DNA from: Octopus vulgaris
Lineage: Eukaryota
Direction of reading: 5' to 3'
Length of the DNA stretch: 64,000 bases
NCBI GenBank assembly: GCA_951406725.2
Contig: OX597814.1
Coordinates: forward strand, 167,958,001 to 168,022,000
Made by a program: the position numbers and the translations under genes
Part shown: in pieces, positions 13,536-26,592 of the stretch
Position numbering within the stretch: position 1 is the first letter of the stretch
Layout: each line of letters starts with the position of its first letter
Notes under the pieces: generated by a model
Told to the model about the DNA's origin: nothing
Seen by the model: only the letters and a program-made list of their open reading frames with translations
The model's database searches: none

Positions 13536-14161
13536 TAAGAAGTTGTTAACACATGTTAAACCATGAAGAAAACATGTCTGAAGTTGAAAAGTGAGAAGAA
13601 ATGCATATTCTGAGTTGGATTCACCACTGTTGCAAGGTTATCAATGTTACAAATGATGGTTGGTTACTGTAACCTTGAACCTTCATCCAATATAAAAAGA
13701 ATTGAGGCTATGACATGTCCTGGTTACTGCTGGAACCAGAGATTAATTAAGAAGCAAAAATCCTCATGTACGAAGGGTCAAAAGGCATTCTTGGAATAAA
13801 CTAAAGAGACTTCCTTGAACTTCACAAATAATTTAATACAATTCAGCACAGGTGGAAATTCACTGATGACATACTTCAGTTGAAGCAGTACACAAATAGA
13901 AAAGTGTACATATCTTCCCTTGTCGCATTCTGTGTGAGGAAATTAAATTAATAATGTATGAGGGGATTTTGTACGCCACTTAGGCTTACTTCTAGTGAAT
14001 GAGTAAGCCATGCACATGGTGTGCAACTTGATAACTTTGAAATACTAGGCTGCTCCTCTGAGGTATTTGTTTGCTTAGGCCCATGTAGTAAAAACTGTGC
14101 GCTCTCAAACACAGAGACATATTTAGGTTGAAGTCCAACGGTTGAAAAGAGAGCAAAATCC

Positions 14162-14388
14162 GGTGAGCTGGCAGAAATGTTAGCACGCTGAGCGAAATGC
14201 TTAGCGGTATTTTGTCTGCTGTTACGTTCTGAGTTCAAATTCTGCCGAGGTCGACTTTGCCTTTCATCCTTTCAGGGTCGATAAATTAAGTACCAGTTAC
14301 ACACTGGGGTCAATGTAATCGACTCAATCCCTTTGTCTATCCTTGTTTGTCCCCTCTATGTTTAGCCCCTTGTGGGAAATAAAGAAAT
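14162..14388 (+). mobile_element. tRNA-derived SINE family B, full length. Other copies include 7861-8075+, 8090-8290-, 15349-15581-, 16270-16496-, 26950-27143-, 31777-32064-, 33645-33854-, 60760-60952-, 61330-61520+, 63120-63320+
   Basis: GGTGAGCTGGCAGAA...GAGTTCAAATTC...GACTTTGCCTTTCATCCTTTC; 15-bp TSD AAGAGAGCAAAATCC at 14147-14161 and 14389-14403; other copies also carry 10-15 bp TSDs. Confidence 0.88.
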
Positions 14389-15899
14389 AAGAGAGCAAAA
14401 TCCTGCAGCTATTCAACATATAGCCCCAAAGACTGCTGGCAACTAAAAAATCTTGAACATTCCACGGCTCAATGAGATTAGTAAAAGGGACATAAATCTG
14501 ATTTCTTGGAAGCTTCTAAAATGTTTGCCAAGGAAAATCACTGTGGGTGACTTCCATGGTTCGCCAGCATAAAAGAGGTAATAATAAACCTGTTGCGAAT
14601 TACATAACTCCTACAAGTTCAAAATTAGCAAGTCCAAGGGAGCAAAGATCCAAGTACTAGTGGTGGTGGTCATGGTTATTGTGGTGATGATGATGGTGGT
14701 GGTGGTGGTGGTGATAGTAGTGATTGTGGTTGGTGATGGCAGTGGCAGCCATAGAGAGAAGAGTTAACTTAATGAAAGACCAGTAGTTATAGGTTAATGA
14801 GTGAACATTTGTATCAATCAGAATACTTTTCTCATAGATCTACAACAGGTGTCGGTAGCCTTCTTCTGTTCATAGGCCAGACAGCTGTGAGGTGATAACC
14901 ATTAAACTATTATGTTCTATAATATCTATAGATACCATAATTTCATTTGGGGACTACAAGTTGGATCATTTTGACTGGTAGGTCAGCTTAGGTCACAAGG
15001 CCTCAAATTGCCAATTTGTATTTGTGTGATAGAAAAAGCAAGAGAGAGTACATGAGTGAATGCAATGGGTTTAACTCATTAGTATTCAGATTACTCGGTC
15101 ACATGTGATGCTTATTATTGATGTTCTTTCTAATTAATCATGAATTATCTTGTAGCTTCAAGATTTCAAAGATGTGATTCTTTATTTTTTAGAATAACTT
15201 CCTTGGGTAGGTGTGAGAGGTTGGATCTGGTCAGTTTGAACTGGCAGAATATTTGGGCCAGATATGGCCTGTTTAAATGCTAAAGGGTAATGTATTAGGT
15301 GTTTAAGTAGTACTCTAGTTTAGAGGTTTGGTCATGGATTAGTAACCTATTTCTTTACTACCCACAAGGGGCTAAACACAGAGAGGACAAACAAGGACAG
15401 ACAAACGGATTAAGTTGATTATATCAACCCCAGTACGTAACTGGTGGTTATTTAATCGACCCTGAAAGGGTGAGAGGCAAAGTCGACCTCGGCAGAATTT
15501 GAACTCAGAATGTAGCAGCAGACGAAATACCGCTAAGCATTTCGCCCAGCGTGCTAACGTTTCTGCCAGCTCGCCGCCTTTATTAGTAACCTTTTAAGAC
15601 TTTGTCTTTGGAAAGAAGACTTAGACTTTTGAACTCATTGTTTTTGCCATGTGAAGTATGTACAACTTTCATAAAAGATTCTCAAGTTTTTGTGTTTAGC
15701 CTTTATGAAGATGCTGATGATTTGTATTGTGTATTTATTGTTCATGGATATGATGCGAATTGTGGGTTTAATTCTAATTAAAAGATAGTGCAGATCAAAT
15801 TGTCCAATTGAAATAAGTAGGGAAGAAATAGAAAAAGACGATAGTTTAATCCTACATTAAAAAGGACAATTTGATTATATAATACCATAATTGGCAGGT

Positions 15900-15983
15900 T
15901 TCATGATTTGCAAGGAAGCAAATTACCAGGTATATTTTATGTTCATGATTTGCAAGGAAGCAAATTACCAGGTATATTTAATG
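15900..15983. repeat. Tandem duplication, 2 x 42 bp
   Basis: TTCATGATTTGCAAGGAAGCAAATTACCAGGTATATTT(T/A)ATG repeated head to tail. Confidence 0.9.
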
Positions 15984-17875
15984 TGTATTTATATACTTTT
16001 TCAAAATGAGACTTTTATTATTTAACCACCATAATTGTTAGTGTATGACCTAATTTTTAGTTTTAGTAGTTGCAGTTTCATTCACAATGTTTATGTCCTT
16101 AAAAAAGTATTAAGTGTCATGCAAAAATCATTTCCCTCTTGCTTATAAACTTGAAGCACAATGTCTTATTGAGAACCATCATAATTCTTGTTTTTATATC
16201 CACATTTCTCCATTTTTTTGTTTCGGTTAGATATGCATGCCTACAAAACAAACATGTTTTCTATCATCTTATTTCATTACTGCCCACAAGGGGCCACACA
16301 CAGAGGGGACAAACAAGGACAGACAAATGGATTGAGTTGATTATATCGACCCCAGTGCATAACTGGTACTTATTTAATCGACCCTGAAAGGATGAAAGAT
16401 AAAGTCAACCTTAGGGAATTTGAACTCAGAACATAGTGGCAGATGAAATACTGCTAAGCATTTCGCCTGATGTGCTAACGTTTCTGCCAGCTCACCTGTT
16501 TTCTATCATCTGTCAACTCCTGAATTATGTTGTGATGTTGAAGCTTTAGAGGAAAATTATATCAACCACAGAGCTCAACTGGTACGCATTTTCTCAACCC
16601 ATTGATAGAATTTGAAAATAATGGTTTCAAATTTTGGCATAAAACCAGTAATTTTAGGGGAAAGGAATTTTGAACTCAGAACATAAGGAGCCAGATGAAA
16701 TGTTACTAAACATTTTGTTTGACTTGCTAACATTTCTACCTGTTTGCCATTCAATATATAATAATATCTTTTATTTTGGCACTAGATAACTTGTGCATTG
16801 TAAAAGTGAAGGGCAAAACTGAGCCAAACAGGATTTCAAGGAAGACACTAGATATAATAAAGTGTTATATGCAGTGATGTTCTCTTTGTGTTACCCAACC
16901 ACCTTGAAAATAATAAAAATAATAATCATTTCTTACATTGGTACAATGACAAAAATTTTTAATCAGATTTATAGTCAACTTAGGCGCAGGAGTGGCTGGA
17001 ACCACATGGTTCCGGGTTCAGTCCCACTGCGTGGCACCTTCGGCAAGTGTTGTCTACTATAGCCTCGGGCCGACCAAAGCCTTGTGAGTGGATTTGGTAG
17101 ACAGAAACTGAAGGAAGCCCGTAGTATATATGTATACATATATATATAACTTGGTTTTGTACTCTTACTCTTTCTCTTTTTACTCTTTTACTTGTTTCAG
17201 TCATTTGACTGCGGCCATGCTGGAGCACTGCCTTTAGTCGAGCAAATCGACCCCGAGACTTATTCTTTGTGAGCCCAGTACTTATTCTATCGGTCTCTTT
17301 TGCCGAACCGCTAAGTGACGGGGACGTAAACACACCAGCATCGGTTGTCAAGCAATGCTAGGGGGACAAACACAGACACTCAAACATATACACACACATA
17401 CATATATATATACATATATACGACAGGCTTCTTTCAGTTTCCGTCTACCAAATCCACTCACAAGGCATTGGTCGGCCCGGGGCTATAGCAGAAGACACTT
17501 GCCCAAGATGCCACGCAGTGGGACTGAACCCGGAACCATGTGGTTGGTTAGCAAGCTACCTACCACACAGCCACTCCTGTGCCTATATATATGTATATAT
17601 ATATATAACTTGTTTTTGTACCTTATTTATATATAAAATACGGATGCCAGTCATTGATATTATTATTAAAGTGCTATGCTGGCAGAATTATCAGCATATT
17701 AGACTAAATGCTAAGTAGCATTTCTTCCAGCTTTATCTTCTGTATTCAAATACCACTGAGGTCAAGTTTTCTTTTTATCTTTTTGGGGTCGATAAAATAA
17801 GCACCAGCGGAACACTGGGATCGAAATAATTGACTTCCTCCTCCCCTCAAAATTGCTTGCCTTGTGTCAAAATTA

Positions 17876-18246
17876 GAATTTTCTTCTGGTCGAGTAACCC
17901 AGCCCACTCAAAAGGTCCCTGAATAAAGATTGTTTAAGGATGTTGAACGAAACACCCATGTTTCCAGAGGTGAATTATTCAAACCCCATAGAATCCTTCT
18001 CAACACATGGCCATGATGCTCCCCCACTACTTCTGCTCGTGATCAGAGATGCACATATCGTCAGCCACTAATGGACATGGTCAACTGGTTAAGGTCAAAC
18101 AACTGACAAGCAAATCTGTGGTATTGAGCAGAATATTTGCTGTAGCCCATCTTTTATACCAAGACAAAACAATGTACATGATAACATTTCCAATCAGTTA
18201 AGATCAGAAGCCATGAGAGCCACTGTCTGGTACTGCATCAGGGCAT
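17876..18246 (-). mobile_element. Unclassified interspersed repeat fragment, possibly a non-LTR element 5' UTR, abutting a (TAA)n tract
   Basis: GC-richer block with a sharp boundary against (TAT)n at 18247-18297; no ORF. Confidence 0.35.
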
Positions 18247-18919
18247 AATAATTTATTATTATTATTATAATGATAATAATTATTATTATTATTATTAAGG
18301 TGACAAGCTGGCACTCATTTGCACATAGAACAAAATGCTTAGTGGCCTTTCATCCGTCCTTAGGTTCTGAATTCAAATCTGCCAACATCAACTTTGCCTT
18401 TCATCCTTTCCTTTCGGGGTTGAAATAAGTACCAGTTATGCACTGGGGTCGATTACATCGACTAGCCTCCTCCCCCAAATTTCAGGCCTTGTGCCTACAG
18501 TAAAAAGGATTATTATTATTATCATTAATTTTGTCAAGGTCAACTTTGCCTTTCATCCTTTCAGGGTTGATAAATTAAGTGCCAGTGAAACACTAGGGTT
18601 GATGAAATCGATTAGTCCCCAAAAGTTCAAGCCTTGTACCTTTAGTAGAAAGGATTATTATTATTATTATAATTATTATTATTATTTCATAAGGCAGTAA
18701 GATTACAGAACTGTTAGCACACCAGACAAAATATTTAGCAGCATTTCATGACTTGCTGAGTTCAAATTCTGCTGAGATGGATTTTGCCTTTTGTCCTTTC
18801 AAGGTTGATAAAATAAGTACCAGCCAAGTACTGGGGTCAATGTAATCAACTTATCCCCCACTTCAAAAACTGCTGGCCCTGTACCAAAATTTGAAACCAT
18901 TATTATTATTATTAAAGCA

Positions 18920-19420
18920 CTGGGGATTGCTAACAAATGTGTCATATACACATATAAGCGAAATCTGAAAAATAAAGCTTATCAAAATCTTACAAAAATA
19001 TGATATCTCCAGTATCCAAAGCAGGCTGCTGAGAATTCAGTGCAGATGAGTAGGACATGTTCAAATGAAAGATGATCACATTCCCAAAATTTCTTTTGTA
19101 TGGCCAAGTAGAGGGATACTACAGTAAAGGAAGACCTATTCTCAGGTATAAGAATAAGTTAGAGCAATCACTAAAGTCTCTACAGCTTAACTTGACATCT
19201 TGGGAAAGTCATTGCCTCAATCAATCTGCATGGTATGAAATCGATCTGCATGCATCAAAACAATTTGAGTTGAAGAAACAGAACAATAAAAGAATTATAT
19301 CCTACAATCAACAGATACATTTGCCTAATCCCAGACAAAATCAAATCAAGTGTCCCTATTGTGACTTCATAGCAAAATCCATACCTGGACTCAAATTACA
19401 TTTATGCATCCATTGCAAAG
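18920..19420 (+). mobile_element. RTE-clade LINE 3' fragment
   Basis: VGHV..MKD..IPK..LYGQ...GRPILRYKNKLEQSLK...WE......W and C-terminal CPYCDFIAKSIPGLKLHLCIH zinc motif. Confidence 0.75.
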
Positions 19421-20692
19421 AGATGCAGTTTCTTCTGTTGTTTATTTTTAAGTTTTCTCTTTTTTTCTTAAAATCCTCTCCTTCAAACACTCATGCATCA
19501 AAATTGACAGGAGCGACCATCAGTATTATTATTTCATACTTCTGTTATTATTTTCCCAATTTGTGCTATTCATTTTGCATGTTACATTTTAGTCATGCAT
19601 TTCATCTCTCCATGGCTCAATAAAATAACCACTAGTCAAGCAACAGGGCTTTTAAATAAATTACATCTACTCTCAAAAATTTGTGATCTGGATTACAAAT
19701 CCTATGTTACACCTTTCCAAGTGTTGATAAGTACCAGTACTATATTAAATAAATCAATTACGCTCTCCCTCTACAAATGTGTGTCCATGTGCCAATAGAT
19801 GAAATCGTTGTTACTAAATATTTTTAAAGGCAGTGAAGTAGTGTGCTGAGTTACGGCCCTTTACATTCTGGGTTCTTGTCGAAGCCAGCTTTCACTTTTA
19901 TATCGTCGCACTTAGTAAAATAACGTACCAGTCAAGTATTAACATTGATTAAATTGCCTAATTCTTACCTCTAGAATGTCAGGCCATTTGTGCTTATATG
20001 TTACACACACTGACTGCTACTACTACTACTATTTCATAAGGCAGTGAACAGGCAGAACTGTTTGCACACCAGGCAAACTGTTTAGCAGTATGTCATGTTT
20101 TTACATTCTGAGTATATACACGCAAAACATAAAAATGTGTAGAGTGCAGGTAGTATTAGCAGTAGTAGTAGTAGTAGTAGTAGTAGCAGCAGCAGCCGTT
20201 CAAAAAGTTGGACCTGGAGATCCCCATTTCCATCGAATTCGAGGGCCACCTCCCAGTGGAGTCAGGCGTCAATGAAGAACCCTCGACTACAACAAGACGG
20301 ACCAAAGTTTGTTTTTTTTCTAAGGTCTGGGGTCTCCAGCCCCTAAGCCCTAGACCATAATCTAATCACCCTTAACTGTCTTGTTGCTTAACAACAACAA
20401 CAACACCAGCAGCAGCAGTAGTAGTAGTAACAACAACAAAGGGCGCTGAGTTTGCAGAATTATTAGTACACTGGAGAAAAATGCTTTGCAACATTGCTTC
20501 TGGCTTTAAGTTCTGAGTTCAAATTCTGTTAGGGTTAACTTTACCTGTCACCTTTTTGAGGTTGATAAAATAAATACCAGTCAAGAACTGGAGTTGATAG
20601 CACCCTTTCCCAAAATTTTAAGCCTTGTGCCTACTGTATAAAATTATTATTATTACTGTTCATGTTAAATGACATTTTACAGGAATTGGTTC

Positions 20693-20975
20693 TCAGTAAA
20701 ACACCTGAATATTACATAAGATGAAGAACTTTCTCAGATTGTTAGCAGTTCCCAATAATGCAATCTTCTGAAACTGTCTAGTACCATTGTCTACCGGGAA
20801 GCTACTCAAAATGTCTGTTGGATTTGTTCTTAAAGATGATGAAAGCTTCAAGACAACTAGCACTGTTTTGATTTTATTGTTCCACATTTTTTTTTATTAC
20901 AATCTCCAAGTCATGATGTTTGCTAATCTCCTCAGGTTCCTCAATTAAATGATTAACATTATCTGGGATTGCTAT
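20693..20975 (-). mobile_element. R4/Dong-type non-LTR element, restriction-like endonuclease C-terminal fragment
   Basis: EIAIPDN...EEISKHHDLEI...MWN...FQKIALLGTANNLRK matches the D.AIP..K..KY.DL / QK.ALLGT..ILR pattern of REL domains. Confidence 0.6.
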
Positions 20976-20976
20976 C

Positions 20977-21333
20977 TCAGTACTTACTTGTACTTGTGGC
21001 AACATTCAACCTGGGCGGGTTGAGTCGGCTTCTTCTCATGGAAGAAGTTTCGTGGGAATATGTGGATTTCACAAGTGGTCCCCAACAATCCCACATGTAG
21101 AGACATCCTGTTTGCCACAGATTGTCCGCAAACGCAGGGACAGAACGACCGAAGAGCCGCATGTTGCCGAAACAGACACTCAGAGGATTTTCATCAGAGC
21201 CCCATCTGCTGGGTTGTGGCCCTAATACCACTCGGTGTCAGACCAATCCGCCTTGGGTGGCCCTACCAGGAACCAAAGTTCCGGATGGCATAGCTCTGAC
21301 ACTACCTGTTGCCAGCATCCCCACCACGGCTAC
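20977..21333 (-). mobile_element. RTE (BovB/Expander-like) 5' UTR plus start of the APE endonuclease
   Basis: GAGCTATGCC...GTAGGGCCACCCAAGGCGG motif recalled from RTE 5' UTRs; ends in RLNVAT, the start of APE (xNVATWNV). Confidence 0.55.
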
Positions 21334-21495
21334 ATATGTTTAATAGCTATGTCCCACATGCTTGTTATGAAATTACTGTGACCATATATATATATAAGTT
21401 TGAACCAACATTAACTTGTTTCAGAATGTTCTTCCTTGAAATTCAGTTACTACAATTGCTTTGCTGCTTTATATCTATGCAGTTATTGAAGAAAT

Positions 21496-21791
21496 TGTTT
21501 GTTCCTTCTCGAGCCATGCCTGGCTCATTAGCGCCGGTTTCCCGGTTTCCTTGGCGTATAGGTTCCCCACCTGGACAGGACACCAGTCTGTCGCAGATGA
21601 GCTGCAAGATACGGGAGGAAAGAGTGAGAGAAAGTTGTGGCAAAAGAGTCAACAGAAGTTTGCCATTACCTTCTGCCAGAGCCGCATGGAGCTTAGGCAT
21701 TTTGCTCATAAACACATACATCGCCCAGTCTGAGATTCGAACCCACGATCCCTCGACTGCGAGTACTAACCACTAGGCTATGTGCCTCCAC
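21496..21791 (-). mobile_element. tRNA-derived SINE (third family)
   Basis: Minus-strand head TGGAGGCACATAGCCTAGTGGTTAG...GGTTCGAATC (A/B boxes); 12-bp TSD TATTGAAGAAAT at 21484-21495 and 21792-21803. Confidence 0.85.
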
Positions 21792-22435
21792 TATTGAAGA
21801 AATAATAACTAAAAAATGTATTTGATATTGAGTGTGAGATGTGAAACAGTTGGTATGATAAAAGAAGGAGCCAGTGTATCAAGTTCAGCAAAAGAGATTG
21901 CTGGATAAAGTACTAGATTTCAAAATGTAAGAGCTGGGATCAATTTGTTTGACTAGGCCCTTTAAGGCAGTGCCTCAACACAGCCTCAGTCAAATGACTG
22001 AAACAAATATAAAAGAAATTAAAAATAAAAAGATGCATTTGCACAATAAATTATATCTATTATAGCTCATAGATAATAGAAAGTACACATGTGAGTGTAA
22101 ATTTAAAATGAATTCAATCAGAATTCCATTTCATAGATGGCATTCAGTATGAATTAATATAAAAACATAGAGTAAATATATTAATAGAAAATTTATTCAT
22201 TACTTGTTGATAAATCTAGTGTCAACAAAAAAAAAAAATCCCAAGTTTAACTTACAAATATAATTTTCAAAAATATCTTATATATATATACATTCATACA
22301 CATGAATAAATTAGATTTATATATTAATGACTAAATGTTTTGATATATATCACATATATATGTATATGTGTGTGTGTGTATATATATATATATATAAATA
22401 TATATATTATGTGTAAATGTATGTATATGTGTATC

Positions 22436-22468
<33 letters not shown>

Positions 22469-23115
22469 TATAAACATTTTGTAAACACTAATTTGAAATT
22501 TAAAAAGAAAAATTCCAAATGACTTAGATCTGAACCAGATATCATTTGTTGTTATTGATTAAATCACACTCTATTTATATCAAGTATTTCTTGAGGTAAT
22601 TCTTACCAAGGTATTGAATAAAGATTATTTAGCTTAGAGGCAAGGGTATAGTGGGGTTTAAAACTTGAGTAAAAGTAAAAACATTTATACCTTAATTTAA
22701 GATAGAATCTAATTTAAACTCAGTGTGGTGCAATTACTAATGCAGTCAGATAACTAACAGAATCCCATCATTTGGTTTGTTCTTTTTCAAATTCAAATTA
22801 GTTGTTTTTGCTGTTTAATACCAGTTCAACCTTGACTGAGCAGGTCTATGATCAAAAGCATTCCAGCTATGACCATCCTGTCCTTTCTTTTTTTTTTTAG
22901 TGGGTATCGAGGACTACATTACCTACAGTATATTTCACTTTTTGGAAATTTTGGGAAATGATTTGTGGAAGATTTGGCTGCTATTTTGTAGCAGGTCAAG
23001 TAAGCCCCTTGACTGACTCAAATAGCAAAAGAACCTTAATACTCTTTGTGTGTGTGAGTGTGTAATATGTGTAATATGCCCTATCTTTAGAAATGAAGTT
23101 AGAATAAATATCAAT

Positions 23116-23580
23116 TCAGTATGGTGGTAGATTATTGGTTAAATAAAGTAAAGCAGCTGTTGTTTCATTAGTCTGAACCAAAGGTTGTTGAATATTATCG
23201 CCATTCTGATCATAAGTGACGCCTATTGGGGAAGCAGCCATCACTTCTTGTACTAAAACTTCGTGCTCTTGACATGTTGAAGCATCATTGGTAAAGCTCT
23301 GCACAGAGACTTGTTGCAAATTAGAGCAACTGTCATGTGACTCGATGTGTGGTAAAACACACTGGACATCTGATCCATCATGTGTCCGCTTATGTCTCAT
23401 GAGTGCATAATTTGTATTGAACCGTTTATCACAAAGTGAGCAGTTGTAGGACCGAGGATTCACATGGATGGACTGAATGTGTTTCTGTTGAACTGAACGT
23501 GTTTTGAATGAAGCCCCACAGTAGTGACATAAATGTGCTCGGATATTTGAGTGCATTGTCATATGTTCATTTAGATGAGC
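23116..23580 (-). CDS. C2H2 zinc-finger gene, exon 5 (end of finger 7, fingers 8-9, C-terminal tail, stop)
   Basis: tttcag|GCT; AHLNEHMTMH..CHYCGASFKTRSVQQKHIQSIH..CSLCDKRFNTNYALMRHKRTH; TGA at 23118-23116. Confidence 0.92.
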   Translation of the reverse strand, partial: AHLNEHMTMHSNIRAHLCHYCGASFKTRSVQQKHIQSIHVNPRSYNCSLCDKRFNTNYALMRHKRTHDGSDVQCVLPHIESHDSCSNLQQVSVQSFTNDASTCQEHEVLVQEVMAASPIGVTYDQNGDNIQQPLVQTNETTAALLYLTNNLPPY

Positions 23581-25132
23581 CTGAAAATACAATATAGAAT
23601 AAGTCAGAATATAACAAATCAAAGTGAACATTATCATGTCCTCAACAAGAATGTATAGCAATGTATATCATATATTATATTTCATGCTCACTGGGATAAT
23701 ACCTTTTCCAAGGGTTAATAAAATAAATACCAATCAAATACTAGGTATGCAGGGACTGATTTCATTAACGATTCCTACACTCTACACCTTAACTTGTCAG
23801 GAATTGATGCTTCATATAATACTAAATAGATAATTTCAATAGAAGTGACCAACCTAACATTATTTAATGAATCAAACACATCCATCACTAACAGCACCAC
23901 AACATCCATCATCAAAATTTTAATTTGATGGAGGCAGGTGTCTGTACACTTTCTTTGTAATAGTTATTTTCATATAATCTTAGAATATTCCTATTAAACC
24001 TAATTTTTCTTTACAACCTTACAGGCACAGACATGGTTGTATGGTTAAGTAGTTACTTCTCAACCAAGTACTTTTAAATTCAATCCCACTACATGGTACC
24101 TTGGGCAAGTGTCTTCGACTATGGCCCCAGGTCAACCAAAATTTTGTGAGTGGATTTAGTAGATGGAAACTGAAAGAAGCTTGCCATCATCATTTAACAT
24201 ACCCTTTTCCATGCTAGTATGGATTAGATGGTTCAGCAAGGACAGATGAGCTAGAGGGCTGCATCAGATTCTAAGTTTACTTTGGTATGGCTTCTCCAGC
24301 TGAATGCCTTTCCTAATGCCAACCACTTAACAGAGTGTACAGGGTACTTTTTATGTGGCACCGGTAAGATTACCAAGTACCTGCAAGATAAGATCCCTAA
24401 ACTGTGTCTATCTCTATGTGTTTATGTCTCCTTGACTTGACACTACGTAATAGATATAAACAGACATCAGTGCCATACAATTAGCAACCTTCATTTCCAG
24501 TTTTCTATGGTAACATGTCCACCCATGGGTAAATATTATCTTGCTGGGTAGGGAATCCAGCATCAACAAATTCCATTTGATACATGCAAGCATGGAAAAG
24601 TGGATGCTACAATAATGATGACAATGACTCTATGACATAGAACAGTTTACAATTTTGCTATCATTTATTGATAAAGATTGTATTATGTGCATCACAGATG
24701 TATGACGCTGTATGACACTGAAACATTGATAGCAGAGGTGAATGAATTAAGTATGGTAAGAGGGATTATCATAGATGAATTTACTAATAAATGATTAAAA
24801 ATAAGGATAAATAAAATAGCATATATAAATAGTAATATTAAAATATGCCAGTCATTTGTTATATGGAAACCGTTTTAAAAAAGAGAAGCAGCTTAAATTT
24901 TGAATAAGTGATAACCAAGTGCTAAACTTCACCAAGTGTCCTTAGGCAAAGCACATTGCACTACTTACCTAAAATAGTGGTCACTTTTATAAAAGGTGTC
25001 AGTCCATAATATTCAAGAAGCAAAGATCCAAATTTTCAAATCCTTTCTACCTCATGCAAACACAGAAAAAGGAATACCAGGTAACACTTATTAATTATAC
25101 ATATTAGAATGCTTCAAAACTGTATTATTTAC

Positions 25133-25854
25133 CTGTGATCGAAAAGCTTTAGTACATAGTGTACAAGTAAATGGAAGAACCCTTGCAGATTTATCCAGGT
25201 GTGTAAACTTGTGCTGTGATAAAGCATCTGGTCGTTTAAAGGCCTTGCCACAAAGATCACACAAATATGGACGCTGATTACAATGAACATTGTTTCTATG
25301 TCTCACGTAATGTTCCTTGCGCTGAGTTTTATAACTACAAAAATCACATTGGTAAGTTTTAGTGAGTTTCGTTAGAATATTACTTGAGTTATCGTTCGTA
25401 ACTGTTTCATTATGACTTAAACGTAGATGGCTACGGTACAAATGCCGGCGTAGAGTCTTGTATTGACATTTTGGACAGGCATACAACAAGGTATGATGTT
25501 TTCGTTGTGTGCTATGTCTATTTTTCACATGCCGAGCAAGTAGCTTGTTACTGTCTGTACTGTATTTACATTTCATACACTGCAGTAAAGTATTACTGTG
25601 AAGGACTTCATGCCGCCTCAGATGACTCAAACGAATGCTAGTAAAATCACATTGTTTACACTGGAACAAATTATTATCTTTTTCATGTAATTTAAGATGT
25701 TTTATAAAATGGCTTTCTCTTTTGGATTTGAAAGAACATTCACTACAAAAAAATTTAAATGGGGCTAAGGCTTCATAGTTTTTCTTCAAGATACGTCGTC
25801 CTGTGAATGTGGAACGTTTACTTTTGTTGATAAATATCTTCTGAGAACTGTCAT
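25133..25854 (-). CDS. C2H2 zinc-finger gene, exon 4 (fingers 1-6 and first half of finger 7)
   Basis: tttcag|AT...CAG|gtaaat; six complete CxxC..H..H fingers; finger 7 CTLCTKAFRSQ is completed by exon 5. Confidence 0.93.
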
Positions 25855-26372
25855 CTGAAAATATAAAACAGAAAAATCTATTTATTAGGAAACTATCACC
25901 TAAATCAGATTTATAGTTTAGTAGCATATCATCAAAAGACAAAGTCTCTCATTATCATTATGCTAATTCCCATAACTCTTACTAACATAATATCTATAAC
26001 TTATGAATGTAGGTTTTAGGAAAGATTGTCCATCTAGCCCATAACATTTATCTCTGGCTTCAACCTGGCCCACAAAGCCAAACACTCTTGCCCTAATCTC
26101 AAAAAAACAAAACAGTACTTTAAATAACATACCTGTGACCTAGAGCACATTTTGTCCATGTAATATCAGTTTTTTTCCTTTTTCTATGCCAGCATGTGTT
26201 GGAACTTTCAGTCTTATTTCATATTATGATTCATCAAGCTTTATTATTATTTTGGTCTTAATATTCATTAGTTAAAGCTTACCCCGCCACCCACCAAATG
26301 ATTATTATATAGAATTACATGCATTATATTATAGGTTTTTAATACTTTTTCAATAAGTAGATTATTTCTTAA

Positions 26373-26592
26373 CACTTTAGTATTTAAACCAACCATATCC
26401 AGCCAGAATATTCTACCTGCTTTATGTTCAAACTGACTAGATCTGATCCCTCACACTTATATTATAATGTCATTCTAAAAGTAAATTACCATGTTATCAA
26501 AATCTTGAAGCTATGAGATAATGCATAATTAATTCAAAAGGATATGAGTAAGTAAATATTACTTTTAACAGAATAATCTGAATGCTAAAGGG
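26373..26592. mobile_element. piggyBac-like MITE; related copies at ~15074-15288 and ~57230-57432
   Basis: TTAA on both sides; TIR C(A/C)CTTTAG(T/C)ATT / AATGCTAAAGGG. Confidence 0.6.

Noticed and set aside
8700-13950. Paired LTRs flanking the Gypsy internal region
   Set aside because: A PBS-like motif is present at ~13527-13535, but I could not see similarity between 13536-13950 and 8700-9150, nor TG..CA ends or a TSD.
19072-19623. Stand-alone C2H2-like host gene
   Set aside because: The zinc motif is the C-terminus of an RTE LINE ORF; upstream motifs are RTE-specific and frameshifted.
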